Part shown: positions 28,077 through 38,465 of the stretch, in pieces | How the letters are laid out: each line of letters starts with the position of its first letter | How positions within the stretch are numbered: position 1 is the first letter of the stretch | Assembly: GCA_963708075.1 (NCBI GenBank) | Contig: OY970194.1 | Coordinates: 4,768,001 to 4,832,000, forward strand | Origin: Sedimentisphaerales bacterium | GTDB lineage: Bacteria > Planctomycetota > Phycisphaerae > Sedimentisphaerales > Anaerobacaceae | Direction of reading: 5' to 3' | Length of the DNA: 64,000 nucleotides | The notes under the pieces: generated by a model | Database searches by the model: none | What the model saw: only the letters and a program-made list of their open reading frames with translations | Told to the model about the DNA's origin: nothing | Program-made: the position numbers and the translations under genes

Positions 28077-29498
28077 TTAATCATAAGACTTGATCTTGAG
28101 GTTCTTGAACCAGACGGGGTTGCCGTGGTACTGGAAGCCCAGGTGTCCCTCACGGGGCATGTCCTTGTACGCTGTCGTGAACTTGTTCTTGGTGCCATCG
28201 GGGTTCTTGCGGGCCTCAGGCCACTGGTTCAGGTCCATGTCGATGATGTCTGCGCCGTTGAGATTCACATAGATCTTGTTGTCCAGGCAGGTGATGACGT
28301 AGTGGTTCCATTCACCCGGCTTCTTCTGGGCAGCCTTTGACGGGGAAAGGCAGTCGTAGATCGCGCCACACTGACCCTTCGGCGTCCCGTCGGTGGTCTC
28401 ATGAATCTGCACTTCGATAGCCGTGTTGATCCAGTTATCAATACTGCCGGTGCGGATAAAGACACCGCTATTGCCCTTCTCAGGAATTTTGTAATCGAGC
28501 TCGAGCGTGAAGTTGCCGTAGCGCTCCTTGGTCCAGATGTCGCCATGGCCGGCCGATCCGGGCGTCAAGACACCGTCGGCATCGAAGGCCCAGCCATGGG
28601 GCGGCATGACGGCATTGGACAGGTCCTTCTGGAACACGTCCCTGGCCTGGACGCCGCTCAGCTCGGCCGCGGTCTTCTTGAACCACTCGACGCACTTGGC
28701 GATCTCCGGCACGCTGTTGTCCCAGTTGTACTCGTACTCGATGGAGAAGGTCCCCTCGAAACCCATTCTGGCCAGTTCCGTGAGGATCTCTCTGGGCTTG
28801 CTGACGCCGGTGCCCCAGGGGACATCGTGTGCATCGCCGCCGAACTTGTTGAGGTCCTTGAAGTGGAAGCTGCGAATCTTGCCGGCCTTGCCCAGCATCT
28901 GGACGGCCTTCAGCGGGTCCAGGTTCGAGCGGGTCCAGTGCCCGGTATCAGCGCAGGCCCCGATCCATTTGCTCCGGCCCTGGCAGACCTTCATCACCGT
29001 ATTGGGGTCCCAGTAATGGGAGGGCTTCGGGTGATTGTGAATCGCCACGCCGACCTTGTACTCGTTGCAAAGCTTGTCGATCATCTCGAAGGCATCCTCC
29101 GGCGGCTCCGAGACGATGTTCTCAAGGCCCATGTCCTTCGCAAAATCGAACACCTTGCGGCACTCGGCCTCGTTATTGGGCAGAGACACCACGCCGTAGT
29201 TGACCAGCGTGAGCCCTTCCTTCTTGAGAAGCTGCTTGAGTTCCTGCCTCTGCTCGGCGGTCATGTTGTGATCGACCTTGACATCTGGCTTTTCAGCACT
29301 GAAACGCTGGCCCGGATAGGCCTCGATGTACTTCAGGCCCACCGATTTCGTCTTGGCCACCGCCTCGACAAACGTGAACCGATTGAAGCTGTACGCCTGC
29401 GTCCCCAGACGCCACTTTTCCTTCGTCGCCGCGCCGGCAATACCGACGCAGGCTCCAACAACCAACAGAACCGTGCCTACCTTCATCCACTTGCTCAT
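28077..29498 (-). CDS. Secreted fusion: sugar-phosphate isomerase/epimerase TIM barrel + DUF1080
   Basis: QAYSF, AIHNH, DTGHW, HFKD, SIEYE followed by GNSGVF, EVQI, GEWN, GFQYHG..WFKNLKI. Confidence 0.9.
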   Translation of the reverse strand: MSKWMKVGTVLLVVGACVGIAGAATKEKWRLGTQAYSFNRFTFVEAVAKTKSVGLKYIEAYPGQRFSAEKPDVKVDHNMTAEQRQELKQLLKKEGLTLVNYGVVSLPNNEAECRKVFDFAKDMGLENIVSEPPEDAFEMIDKLCNEYKVGVAIHNHPKPSHYWDPNTVMKVCQGRSKWIGACADTGHWTRSNLDPLKAVQMLGKAGKIRSFHFKDLNKFGGDAHDVPWGTGVSKPREILTELARMGFEGTFSIEYEYNWDNSVPEIAKCVEWFKKTAAELSGVQARDVFQKDLSNAVMPPHGWAFDADGVLTPGSAGHGDIWTKERYGNFTLELDYKIPEKGNSGVFIRTGSIDNWINTAIEVQIHETTDGTPKGQCGAIYDCLSPSKAAQKKPGEWNHYVITCLDNKIYVNLNGADIIDMDLNQWPEARKNPDGTKNKFTTAYKDMPREGHLGFQYHGNPVWFKNLKIKSYD

Positions 29499-29555
29499 TT
29501 CATGTTCTCCAGTTCCACCCACAATCGAAAATCATAAATCATAAATCGTAAATCC

Positions 29556-30869
29556 CTACAGTCTCCAGCCTTCGCGGTACTTGCGGCTCAGGAGCTTATT
29601 GGCCTCGGGCAGGTTCTTCACCTTCATGCCGGGGCCGTCCCATTCGAGTTTCTGACCCGCCAGAGCGGCGATATTGCCCAGCAGGATCGTCTCCGTCAGC
29701 GGGCCCGCATAATCGAAATTCGACAGCGGCTTGGGTCCGCCCTTGCAGGCCCGAATCCACTCCTGGTAGTGATCGACGTCCCGCGGCAGGGATTGCTCCG
29801 GGGCCTTGAAGCCCTTCATTTTGGATTCCGGGATCAGCCGGGGATTGCCGCCGTGCGGCAGGAGGATCGTGCCCTTGTCACCGTAGTAGAGCCCGCCCTG
29901 GTCCGGGAGCTTGCGCTCCGCTTCCAGCTCCTTGGGCCGCGGCGGCGGGTTCTTGCCGTCCCGCCATGTCACCGTTACGGCCGGCAGGTCCCCGCGGGCG
30001 GGGAACTCCCACGTGATCACCGTATGCTCCGGGTACGTCTCCTTGTTGAACGGTCCCGGCTTCGCCTCCACGCTCGTCGGGTACTGCGGGCCCAGGACCC
30101 ACCAGGCGGGATCGATGATGTGGCAGCCCATGTCGCCGAGCGTGCCTGTGCCGAAATCCCACCAGCGCCGCCACTCACCGGGCAGATACCGGGGATGATA
30201 GGGCCGGTACGGAGCGGGACCCAGCCACAGGTCCCAGTCGAGCGTCGCGGGCACCGGGGGCGTATCTGTCGGCCGCTCGCCGCCGCCCCAGTTCTTGCCG
30301 CTCCAGAGGTCCACCCGGTTGATCTTGCCGATGACGCCGGCCTTGACCCACTCGACGAATGTCTTCATTTCGCCGGTCGCGTGGAGCTGCGTGCCCATCT
30401 GCGTCATGAGGCCGCGCTTGCGGGCTTCTTCGGTCAGTTGCCGGACTTCGTAGATGTCATGGCACAGCGGCTTTTCACAGTACACATGCTTGTCTCTCTT
30501 CAGCGCCGCCATAGCCGCCACGGCGTGGATGTTGTCCGGCGTCGCCACCGTCACCGCATCGATGTTCTTGTCCTCGGCGTCGAGCATCTTGCGGAAGTCC
30601 TTGTACTTCCTGGCATTGGGGAACTTCTCGAAGGTCTTGGCGGTATGCGGGCCCCAATCAACGTCGCACAGCGCGACGATATTCTCGCTGCTGACCGACT
30701 GGATATCGCTGGCGCCCTGGCCGCCGATGCCGATGCACGCGATATTGAGCTTCTCGCTCGGCGGCACCGTCCGGGGACCGCCCAGGACGTGCCGGGGCAC
30801 AATCGTAAACGCAGCCACGCCAGCCACGCTGCCCAAAAACTGCCGTCTGTTGATTTGTCTGGTTCTCAC
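29556..30869 (-). CDS. Tat-exported Gfo/Idh/MocA oxidoreductase (paralog 2)
   Basis: NRRQFL; GIGGQG, YCEKP, WRRWWDFGTGTLGDMGCH. Confidence 0.92.
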   Translation of the reverse strand: MRTRQINRRQFLGSVAGVAAFTIVPRHVLGGPRTVPPSEKLNIACIGIGGQGASDIQSVSSENIVALCDVDWGPHTAKTFEKFPNARKYKDFRKMLDAEDKNIDAVTVATPDNIHAVAAMAALKRDKHVYCEKPLCHDIYEVRQLTEEARKRGLMTQMGTQLHATGEMKTFVEWVKAGVIGKINRVDLWSGKNWGGGERPTDTPPVPATLDWDLWLGPAPYRPYHPRYLPGEWRRWWDFGTGTLGDMGCHIIDPAWWVLGPQYPTSVEAKPGPFNKETYPEHTVITWEFPARGDLPAVTVTWRDGKNPPPRPKELEAERKLPDQGGLYYGDKGTILLPHGGNPRLIPESKMKGFKAPEQSLPRDVDHYQEWIRACKGGPKPLSNFDYAGPLTETILLGNIAALAGQKLEWDGPGMKVKNLPEANKLLSRKYREGWRL

Positions 30870-30979
30870 TGTGTCATCCCTCTCAATCTGGCTTGAACGC
30901 GTGGGTTGAGAACCCACCCTACTGCTCGTACGTCACCTTCGGCACCCACAATAATCAATCACCAATCATCCCTTATCAA

Positions 30980-32356
30980 TCAAAGGGTCCAGCCCTCACG
31001 AAAGAGCGGCTTGACATACTTGTTCGCTTCATCCACGTTCGTGACTCTGAGATTCTTCGAGTCCCATTCGAGCGGCGTGTCTTTCATCCGCATAGCCAGC
31101 ACGCCCAGCAGGACCGCTTCGGTGAGCGGACCGCCGTAGTCGAAGGTCGAGCTGGCGGGCTTGCCGTCTTTGCAGGCGCGGACCCAATCCTGCTCATGGC
31201 CGCTGGCGCCGCGATTGACACGCGGGATTGTCTTTTCCGGCCGCTTGTAGGCCTTCATCTTCTCTTCCGGCACGATCCGCAAACCACCCGCGCCGTGCGA
31301 GCCATGCATGATCGTGCCCTTGTCGCCGAGGAAGATCGCCCCGTTGCCTTCGAGTCGCCGGGCGGGCTCCAGGTCCTTCGGTCGCGGCGGCATCAGCCGG
31401 CCATCCAGCCACGTCAGCTTCACCGGCGGCATATCACCACGCGCGGGGAACTCATACCGGACAATCGAGGCCCGCGGATACGTCTCGGAAGCCACCTCAG
31501 GCTGGTAGTGCGTCGTCGTGGCTTCGACCCGCGTCGGGGCGCCGAGCTTCAACGCCCAGAAGGCCGGGTCGATGATGTGACAACCCATATCGCCGAGCGC
31601 GCCGGTGCCGAAATCCCACCAGCCTCGCCACTGCATCGGGCAATAGATCGGATGATAGGGCCGATACTGGGCCGGGCCCAGCCACAGGTCCCAGTCGAGC
31701 GTCTTGGGCACTTCCGGCGTTTCCTTCGGCCGCGCCATGATCGGAAAGTCCGACCACGGGTCGCCGCCCACCGGCCGGTCGCTCCAGGTGTACACCTCGC
31801 GGATCGGACCGATGGCGCCATCCGCGATCCATTCGCACAGCATGCGAATCTCTTCGGAGGAGTGGCCCTGGTTGCCCATCTGCGTCTGGACCTTGGCTGC
31901 GCGAGCCGCCTCGGTCAACTTCCGCACCTCACCAATCGAATGGGCCAGCGGTTTCTGAAGGTAGATGTGTTTACCGTGTTTGAGGCAAGCCATCGCGATC
32001 ACGGCATGCGTGTGGTCGGGCGTCGCGATGATGACCCCGTCGATGTTCTTGTCTTCCTTGTCCAGCATGACACGGAAGTCTTTGTACTTCCTGGCGTCAG
32101 GGAATCTGTCGAATACCTTGGCGGCATACGCGTCATCGACATCGCACAGGGCGACGAAATTCTCGGTGCTGCATTGCTTGATGTTGTAGTCGCCCATGCC
32201 GCCAACACCGATGGCCGCGAGGTTGAGCTTATCGCTCGGCCGCTGGCCCGCCGCCCCGGCCAGCACGTGACTGGGCACTATCGTGAACGCCGCCACCGCT
32301 CCCGCCGTGCCGCGAAGCAACTCCCGCCGGGATACCGTTTTCTTCTGCTCAGCCAT
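30980..32356 (-). CDS. Tat-exported Gfo/Idh/MocA oxidoreductase (paralog 3)
   Basis: [35 protein letters not shown]. Confidence 0.92.
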   Translation of the reverse strand: MAEQKKTVSRRELLRGTAGAVAAFTIVPSHVLAGAAGQRPSDKLNLAAIGVGGMGDYNIKQCSTENFVALCDVDDAYAAKVFDRFPDARKYKDFRVMLDKEDKNIDGVIIATPDHTHAVIAMACLKHGKHIYLQKPLAHSIGEVRKLTEAARAAKVQTQMGNQGHSSEEIRMLCEWIADGAIGPIREVYTWSDRPVGGDPWSDFPIMARPKETPEVPKTLDWDLWLGPAQYRPYHPIYCPMQWRGWWDFGTGALGDMGCHIIDPAFWALKLGAPTRVEATTTHYQPEVASETYPRASIVRYEFPARGDMPPVKLTWLDGRLMPPRPKDLEPARRLEGNGAIFLGDKGTIMHGSHGAGGLRIVPEEKMKAYKRPEKTIPRVNRGASGHEQDWVRACKDGKPASSTFDYGGPLTEAVLLGVLAMRMKDTPLEWDSKNLRVTNVDEANKYVKPLFREGWTL

Positions 32357-32389
32357 GACAATCATCCATCATCAATTATCCATCATCAA

Positions 32390-33739
32390 TCACAAAGCCC
32401 AGCCTTCGCGATATTCCTTCGTCAGGTACTTGTTCGCCTCGGGCATATTGGTGAACTTGAACTCCTTGGGGTCCCAGAGCAGCTTCGTGCCGAGGAGCTT
32501 TTCCTTCAGGGCCGGACGAATAGCAACGTTGCCCAGCAAAACCACCTGGGCCAGCAGGCCGGCGTGATCGGGGAAGTTCGAGCCGGCAGGCTTGCCGCCC
32601 TTGCAGGCGATGACCCACTCCATGTAGTGGCCGGGCGAACGCTCCAGCTTCTGCGGGGGCTTGCCGTATTCCTTCTGGCGGGCTTCCGGGATGAGCCGGC
32701 CGCCAAGCATCTTGCCCTTGTCGCCGATATACAGGGCGCCATTCGTCCCCCATTGGCGGCCATCTTCCAGCTCCGGCGGCCGAGGCGGCTTCATTCCGCC
32801 GTCGTACCAGTGCAGCGTCACCGGCGCCAGGTCGCCCCGGGCGGGGAACTCATACGTCACGCGCGACGCCACGGGGAAAGTCTCATCGTTGACCAGTGTG
32901 CAGCAGGCTTGCACGCTCGTCGGGTGGCCGAGCTTCAGCGCCCGGAACACCGGGTCCATGGCATGACAACCGATATCGCCCAGCGCACCCGTGCCGAAAT
33001 CCCACCAGCCCCGCCAGACAAACGGATTGTAGACACTCTTGACATACGGGCGCATCGGCGCCGGACCGACCCAGAGGTCCCAATTGAGCGATTCGGGCAC
33101 AGGGTCTTCCCCTTTTGGCCGGTCCACACCCTGCGGCCAGTACCACTTGTTGGTCCCGTTGAGCGGCCGATCCGTCCAGACGTGGACCTCACGAACCTGC
33201 CCGATGGCCCCATCCCAAATGGTTTCGCACAGCAGGCGGACCTCCTCGCCGGCCTGGCCCTGGTTGCCCATCTGCGTCGCGACTTTATGCTCACGGGCAG
33301 CATCCGCCAGCATCCGGGCCTCACGGACCGTGTGAGTCAAGGGCTTTTCGCAGTATACATGCTTGTTTCGCTTGATGGCGGCCATGGAAACCGGCGCGTG
33401 CAGATGGTCCGGCGTCCCCACAACGACTCCGTCGATGTTCTTGTCTTCCTTGTCCAGCATCTCGCGGAAGTCTTTGTACTTCTTGGCGTCAGGATACCGC
33501 TTGAACGTCCCGGCTGCGTGTGCCCAGTCCACATCGCACAGGGCCACGATATTCTGGCTGGAGAGTTCCCGCAGGTCGGCCCCGCCCTGGCCGCCGATGC
33601 CGACGCCGGCGATATTGATCTTCTCGCTCGGGGGCGTCTGGCCCGCCCCGCCGAGCACGTGCCGGGGGACAATCGTGAACGCCGCCACGCCCGCGGCCGC
33701 ACCCATCAGACTACGTCGAGTTATCTTTTTCTCTGTCAC
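32390..33739 (-). CDS. Tat-exported Gfo/Idh/MocA oxidoreductase (paralog 4)
   Basis: TRRSLM; GIGGQG, YCEKP, WRGWWDFGTGALGDIGCH. Confidence 0.92.
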   Translation of the reverse strand: MTEKKITRRSLMGAAAGVAAFTIVPRHVLGGAGQTPPSEKINIAGVGIGGQGGADLRELSSQNIVALCDVDWAHAAGTFKRYPDAKKYKDFREMLDKEDKNIDGVVVGTPDHLHAPVSMAAIKRNKHVYCEKPLTHTVREARMLADAAREHKVATQMGNQGQAGEEVRLLCETIWDGAIGQVREVHVWTDRPLNGTNKWYWPQGVDRPKGEDPVPESLNWDLWVGPAPMRPYVKSVYNPFVWRGWWDFGTGALGDIGCHAMDPVFRALKLGHPTSVQACCTLVNDETFPVASRVTYEFPARGDLAPVTLHWYDGGMKPPRPPELEDGRQWGTNGALYIGDKGKMLGGRLIPEARQKEYGKPPQKLERSPGHYMEWVIACKGGKPAGSNFPDHAGLLAQVVLLGNVAIRPALKEKLLGTKLLWDPKEFKFTNMPEANKYLTKEYREGWAL

Positions 33740-33848
33740 AGTACAACTCCTCATATCTTATTGCGCCACGCACTCATTCGTTACAACCCACGGAATCGAC
33801 CCCGTTATTCCCCTCAATAATCAATCATCCATCATCCTTCATCAATCC

Positions 33849-35201
33849 TCACAGGCTCCAGCCTTCCCGGTACTCGTCACGGATGTACTTGTTGGCTTCC
33901 GGCAGGTTGGTCACCTGCATGTTTGGGCCGTCGTAATGCAACTTCAGGCCTTTCTCATAGAGCTGTCTTTCCATCTTCAGGGCGATGTTGCCGGTCAGGA
34001 CGACCTCGGTGAGCGGTCCGGCCCAGTCGAAATTCGCCCGTGCCGGCTCGCCGCCCTTGCAGGCATTGATCCACTCCTTATGGTGACCCGGCGAGCGGGG
34101 AATCTTCTGTGGCGGCTTGCCGTACTCCTTCTGCCGAGCTTCGGGAATCAGCCGGTAGCCGAGCATCTTGCCTTTGTCGCCGATGAACAGGTTGTCGTCC
34201 AGCTCACCGAACTTGCGGCCTTCCTCCAGCTCCACCGGCCTCTGCGGCATCAGCCCGCCGTCATACCAGGTCAGCGTCAGTGGGGGAAAACCTTCGCGTG
34301 CGGGGAACTCGAAACGGACAATCGACGACTTCGGGGCGGTTTCCTCCTTCACGCCGGGTCCCTCATCCATGTTGCTGGAGCAGGCCTCCACGGTCGTCGG
34401 GTAGCCCAGCTTCAATGCGCGGAACACCGCGTCCATCTGATGGCAGCCAATGTCACCGAGCACCCCTGTCCCGAAGTCCCACCAGCCTCGCCAACTGAAG
34501 GGTAGATAGACCGGATGGTACGGTCGATACTTGGCCGGCCCCAGCCACAGGTCCCAGTCGAGCGTCTTCGGTACCGGCGGCGTGTCCTTCGGCCGCTCGA
34601 TCCCACGCTGCGAGATGGGCCGGTTGCACCAGGAATGCACCTCGCGGACCGTGCCGAGCGCGCCGTCCCAGATCATCTCGGAGACCAGGCGGTTGCCTTC
34701 TCCGGCCTGGCCCTGGTTGCCGAGTTGCGTCGCGACCTTGGCCTCGCGGGCGGCGAGCGTAAGCTGGCGGCATTCCCAGATGGAATGGGCCAGCGGCTTT
34801 TCGCAGTACACGTGTTTTCCCCGCTTGATGGCCGCCATCGCGATCACGGCGTGCAGATGGTCAGGCACGGCGATCACCACCGCGTCGATGTCCTTCTGCT
34901 CATCGAGCATCTTGCGAAAGTCCGTCCACTTCTTCGCGTTCGGGTACTTCTTGAACACCCGTCCGGCGTAGGCTTCATCCACGTCGCACAGCGCGACGAT
35001 ATTCTCGCTGCCGCACTCGTCGAGGTCCCCCTCGCCGCGACCGCCAAGCCCAATGCCGGCGATGTTGAGCTTGTCGCTCGGTGCTATGTGCCTGGCCCCG
35101 CCGAGCACATGCCGCGGCACAATCGTAAACGCCGCCACCCCCGCCGCCGTCCCCATGAACTTCCTGCGCGTCAATCGCGTGCCTTGATCGGATGCCTTCA
35201 T
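33849..35201 (-). CDS. Tat-exported Gfo/Idh/MocA oxidoreductase (paralog 5)
   Basis: TRRKFM; GLGGRG, YCEKP, WRGWWDFGTGVLGDIGCH. Confidence 0.92.
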   Translation of the reverse strand: MKASDQGTRLTRRKFMGTAAGVAAFTIVPRHVLGGARHIAPSDKLNIAGIGLGGRGEGDLDECGSENIVALCDVDEAYAGRVFKKYPNAKKWTDFRKMLDEQKDIDAVVIAVPDHLHAVIAMAAIKRGKHVYCEKPLAHSIWECRQLTLAAREAKVATQLGNQGQAGEGNRLVSEMIWDGALGTVREVHSWCNRPISQRGIERPKDTPPVPKTLDWDLWLGPAKYRPYHPVYLPFSWRGWWDFGTGVLGDIGCHQMDAVFRALKLGYPTTVEACSSNMDEGPGVKEETAPKSSIVRFEFPAREGFPPLTLTWYDGGLMPQRPVELEEGRKFGELDDNLFIGDKGKMLGYRLIPEARQKEYGKPPQKIPRSPGHHKEWINACKGGEPARANFDWAGPLTEVVLTGNIALKMERQLYEKGLKLHYDGPNMQVTNLPEANKYIRDEYREGWSL

Positions 35202-35254
35202 AGCGCCGGTCCTCCCAGTCCTTCAATAATCAATCATCAATTATCCATCATCAA

Positions 35255-36616
35255 TCAGAGGGCCCACCCCTCCCGGTATTTGCGATGCATGAACTCATTG
35301 GCCTCGGGCAGATTCGTGATTTTCATGTTCGGCCCGTCGTAGGCGAGGCGAAGGCCCTTCTCCTGGGTCTTGAGGCTCATGCGGACGGCGATGTTGCCGA
35401 GCAGAATCACTTCGGTCATTGGCCCGGCGGTATCGAAATTCGAGCCGGCGGGTTTGCCGCCCTTGCAGGCCTCGACCCATTCCTTGTAGTGCCCGACGGA
35501 GCGCGGGATGCTCGGCTCCGGCCGCTTGTACTCTTTCATTCGCGACTCCGGGATCAGCCGGGGGCTGCTGCCGTAGCTGCCGCAGATGAGCTTGCCTTTG
35601 TCGCCGACGAAGATCACGCCGCCGAGCTTGTCGCCGAGGCGAAGCCCCGGGTCCATCTCCGCGGGCCTTCGCGGCATCAGGCCTCCATCGTACCAGGTCA
35701 GTTCCACCGGCGGCAGCTCGCTCCGAGCGGGGAATTCGTACCGCACGATGGAAGCCTGCGGGTAGCTCTCATTGTTGAAAGGCTTGTCCCACGTGACCGT
35801 GGGCACGAAGATCGAGCAGCTTGCCTCGACGCTCGTCGGGTGTCCGAGCTTGAGAGCCCAGAACACCGGATCGAGGTTGTGACAAGCCATGTCCCCCAGC
35901 CCGCCGGTGCCGAAATCCCACCAGCCTCGCCACAGCATCGGCAAGTAGACCGGATGGTACGGCCGATACGGCGCCGGCCCCAGCCACAGATCCCAATCGA
36001 GCGTCGCCGGCACGGGCGGCGTGGCTTTCGGTCGATCCATGCCCTGCGGCCAGACCGCGTGCGTCGTCCACGCGTGCACCTTGCGCACGGTGCCGATCGC
36101 GCCATCCCAGATCCACTCGCAGATCAGGCGGATGCCCTCGCCGGAATGGCCCTGGTTGCCCATTTGCGTGGCCACTTTCGCCTCGCGTGCGGCCTTGGCC
36201 ACCTCGCGGGCCTCACGCATCGAGTACGTCAGCGGCTTTTCGCAGAAGACGTGCTTGCCCGCCTTGATCGCCGCCATCGTCGCGACAGCATGGACATGAT
36301 CCGGTGTCGCCACCACGACGGCGTCGATGTTCTTGTGCTCCTTGTCGAGCATCACCCGGAAGTCTTTGTACTTGCGGGCATTCGGAAAGGCCTTGAACGT
36401 CCCGGCGGCCTGCTTCTCATCGACATCGCACAGCGCGACGATGTTCTCGCTGCTGAGGTTCATCAGGTCGCCGGCGCCCTGGCCACCGACGCCAATGCCG
36501 GCAATATTGAGCTTCCCGCTCGGCGGGACGTTCCCGGCTCCCCCCAGGACGTGCCGGGGAACCATTGTGAACGCCGCCACACCCGCCGCACCACCCAGAA
36601 ACCGACGCCTGTTCAT
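35255..36616 (-). CDS. Tat-exported Gfo/Idh/MocA oxidoreductase (paralog 6)
   Basis: NRRRFL; GVGGQG, FCEKP, WRGWWDFGTGGLGDMACH. Confidence 0.92.
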   Translation of the reverse strand: MNRRRFLGGAAGVAAFTMVPRHVLGGAGNVPPSGKLNIAGIGVGGQGAGDLMNLSSENIVALCDVDEKQAAGTFKAFPNARKYKDFRVMLDKEHKNIDAVVVATPDHVHAVATMAAIKAGKHVFCEKPLTYSMREAREVAKAAREAKVATQMGNQGHSGEGIRLICEWIWDGAIGTVRKVHAWTTHAVWPQGMDRPKATPPVPATLDWDLWLGPAPYRPYHPVYLPMLWRGWWDFGTGGLGDMACHNLDPVFWALKLGHPTSVEASCSIFVPTVTWDKPFNNESYPQASIVRYEFPARSELPPVELTWYDGGLMPRRPAEMDPGLRLGDKLGGVIFVGDKGKLICGSYGSSPRLIPESRMKEYKRPEPSIPRSVGHYKEWVEACKGGKPAGSNFDTAGPMTEVILLGNIAVRMSLKTQEKGLRLAYDGPNMKITNLPEANEFMHRKYREGWAL

Positions 36617-36674
36617 TTCTCTCTTACCCACCGCTACACAAACCCTCGACACACGCAACACGCACTGCCGATCT

Positions 36675-36832
36675 GGGTGCCATGCCTACGCTCGCGTAGG
36701 CATGCCTCACGATCAGACCAAGCATGTCCACGCAAGCGTGGACACGGCACCCCGCGCATATGTCATTCCCGCGCAGGCGGGAATCCAGTCACACATCGAA
36801 TGATCCTGGACCCCCGCCTGCGCGGGGGTGAC
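36675..36832. repeat. Family B palindrome followed by TGTC-type REP doublet
   Basis: 36675-36752 is family B; 36761-36832 reads tgtcattcccgcgcaggcgggaatccag...ctggacccccgcctgcgcgggggtgaca. Confidence 0.85.
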
Positions 36833-36917
36833 ATAGCCAAGGTCATTTCGTTAGAACCTCTGAGACACGGGGCCTGCACCCGCAGGCCCCAGGATTCATG
36901 TCTTAATTGCGCGCCGG

Positions 36918-38276
36918 TCACACGAAATCGTAGCCGGCACGATAGAACTTCGTGACGTAGTTGTCCGCCTCGGGACAATTGGGCGAGCGCATCTTCTCGC
37001 AGTCCCATTCGACGCGTTTCTGCAGCCGGACGGCGAGATTGCCGACGAGCAGTGCCTCGACGAACGGCCCGGCGTACCAGAAGCCGCTCTTGGCGTCTTG
37101 CGGCTTGCCCGCCTTGCAGGCGTCGATCCACTCCCTGTGATGGCCGGGCGAGCGAGGCAGGGTCTTCGGCGGCCGGCCGTACTCCTTCTGCCGTGATTCC
37201 GGGATCAGCCGGGGCGCGCCCGCGTGACTCGGGCCCAGCAGCTTGCCCTTATCGCCCACGAACAGGATGCCGTTGTCACCGAGCTTGCGGCCTTCGAGCT
37301 CCGCCGGAGCCGGGGGCAGCTTGGCGCCATCGTACCAGGTCATTTTGACGGCAGGCCGGTCCCCCCTGGCCGGGAACTCGAACGTGATGATATTCCACAC
37401 GGGAAGGGTCTCATCATTGACCGGACTGGTTTCGGCTTGCACCGCCGTTGGGGCCCCAAGCTCCAGGGCGAAGAACGCCGGGTCGGCATTATGCACGGCC
37501 ATGTCGCCGATCGCACCGCAGCCGTAATCCCACCAGCCGCGCCACTTGAACGGCGCATAGGCCGAATGGTACGGCCTCCACCTGGCCGGTCCAAGCCAAT
37601 GGTCCCAATCCAAAGTTTCAGGAATCGGCTCAGTGCCCTGGGGCCGGTCAACGCCCTGCGGCCACCAAGCTCGCTCCGGAGTACCGGCACGGTCGGTCCA
37701 GACGTGAACCTCGCTGACCTTGCCGATCGCGCCGTCGTGGATGAATTCCCAGTACAGACGCAGGCCCTCGCCGCCGTGGCCCTGGTTGCCCATCTGGGTG
37801 ACGACGCCCGTCTCCTTCGCGACCTCGGCCAACCGCCGGGCCTCGTAGATCGTATGCGCCATGGGCTTTTCGACGTACACGTGCTTGCCCATCTTCATGG
37901 CCATGATGGCCGCCGGCGCATGGATGTGATCGGGCGCGCCGATGACCACCGCATCGATATTCTTCTGCTCCTTCTCCAGCATCTCGCGGAAATCGCGATA
38001 GAGCTTGGCGTCCGGATGCGCTTTGATCGTCCCCGCGGCTTTCTTCAGGTCCACATCGCACAGCGCGACGATATTCTCGCTGGAGACCTCCTTGATGTCG
38101 CTGGCGCCGCGGCCGCCGACGCCGATGCCGGCGATATTGAGCCTGTTATTGGCCGAGCTCTGGCCGGCGGCGCCCAGGATTCGCTTTGGCACGAAGGTGA
38201 ATGCCGCCACGGCCGCCGCAGCGCCGACAAACTCCCGCCGCGACAGAGCCGCATCATTTTTCGCTTTGTTCTTCAT
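36918..38276 (-). CDS. Tat-exported Gfo/Idh/MocA oxidoreductase (paralog 7)
   Basis: SRREFV; GVGGRG, YVEKP, WRGWWDYGCGAIGDMAVH. Confidence 0.92.
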   Translation of the reverse strand: MKNKAKNDAALSRREFVGAAAAVAAFTFVPKRILGAAGQSSANNRLNIAGIGVGGRGASDIKEVSSENIVALCDVDLKKAAGTIKAHPDAKLYRDFREMLEKEQKNIDAVVIGAPDHIHAPAAIMAMKMGKHVYVEKPMAHTIYEARRLAEVAKETGVVTQMGNQGHGGEGLRLYWEFIHDGAIGKVSEVHVWTDRAGTPERAWWPQGVDRPQGTEPIPETLDWDHWLGPARWRPYHSAYAPFKWRGWWDYGCGAIGDMAVHNADPAFFALELGAPTAVQAETSPVNDETLPVWNIITFEFPARGDRPAVKMTWYDGAKLPPAPAELEGRKLGDNGILFVGDKGKLLGPSHAGAPRLIPESRQKEYGRPPKTLPRSPGHHREWIDACKAGKPQDAKSGFWYAGPFVEALLVGNLAVRLQKRVEWDCEKMRSPNCPEADNYVTKFYRAGYDFV

Positions 38277-38292
38277 CAGTCATTACCTTCTA

Positions 38293-38408
38293 GTGGAGTT
38301 TTGCAAAATGGAAGTTGGGCTTACTTGGAGAAGGAAAAATGCGATTTTCATTTTTCCTTCTCCAGCAACAGACCCGCGCGGGGGTATGCAACACGCACGA
38401 CCCGCTTG
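38293..38408. mobile_element. Truncated copy of the MITE-like element at 39901-40154
   Basis: Shares gtggagttttgcaaaatggaagttgggctta, the 15-bp stem tggagaaggaaaaat/atttttccttctcca and gacccgcgcggg..gcaacacgcacga. Confidence 0.7.
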
Positions 38409-38465
38409 CCCAACCGCCCGAGACAGTTCAAGCACTGGTAGAAAGCTCCGTGTTTCGCGACGTAC

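Noticed and set aside
30893..33820. 975-aa plus-strand ORF, and similar long ORFs at 6044-7597, 13105-15582, 39933-41903, 41528-43555 and 48026-49837
   Set aside because: Antisense shadows of well-supported genes in GC-rich DNA, with no recognisable motifs.
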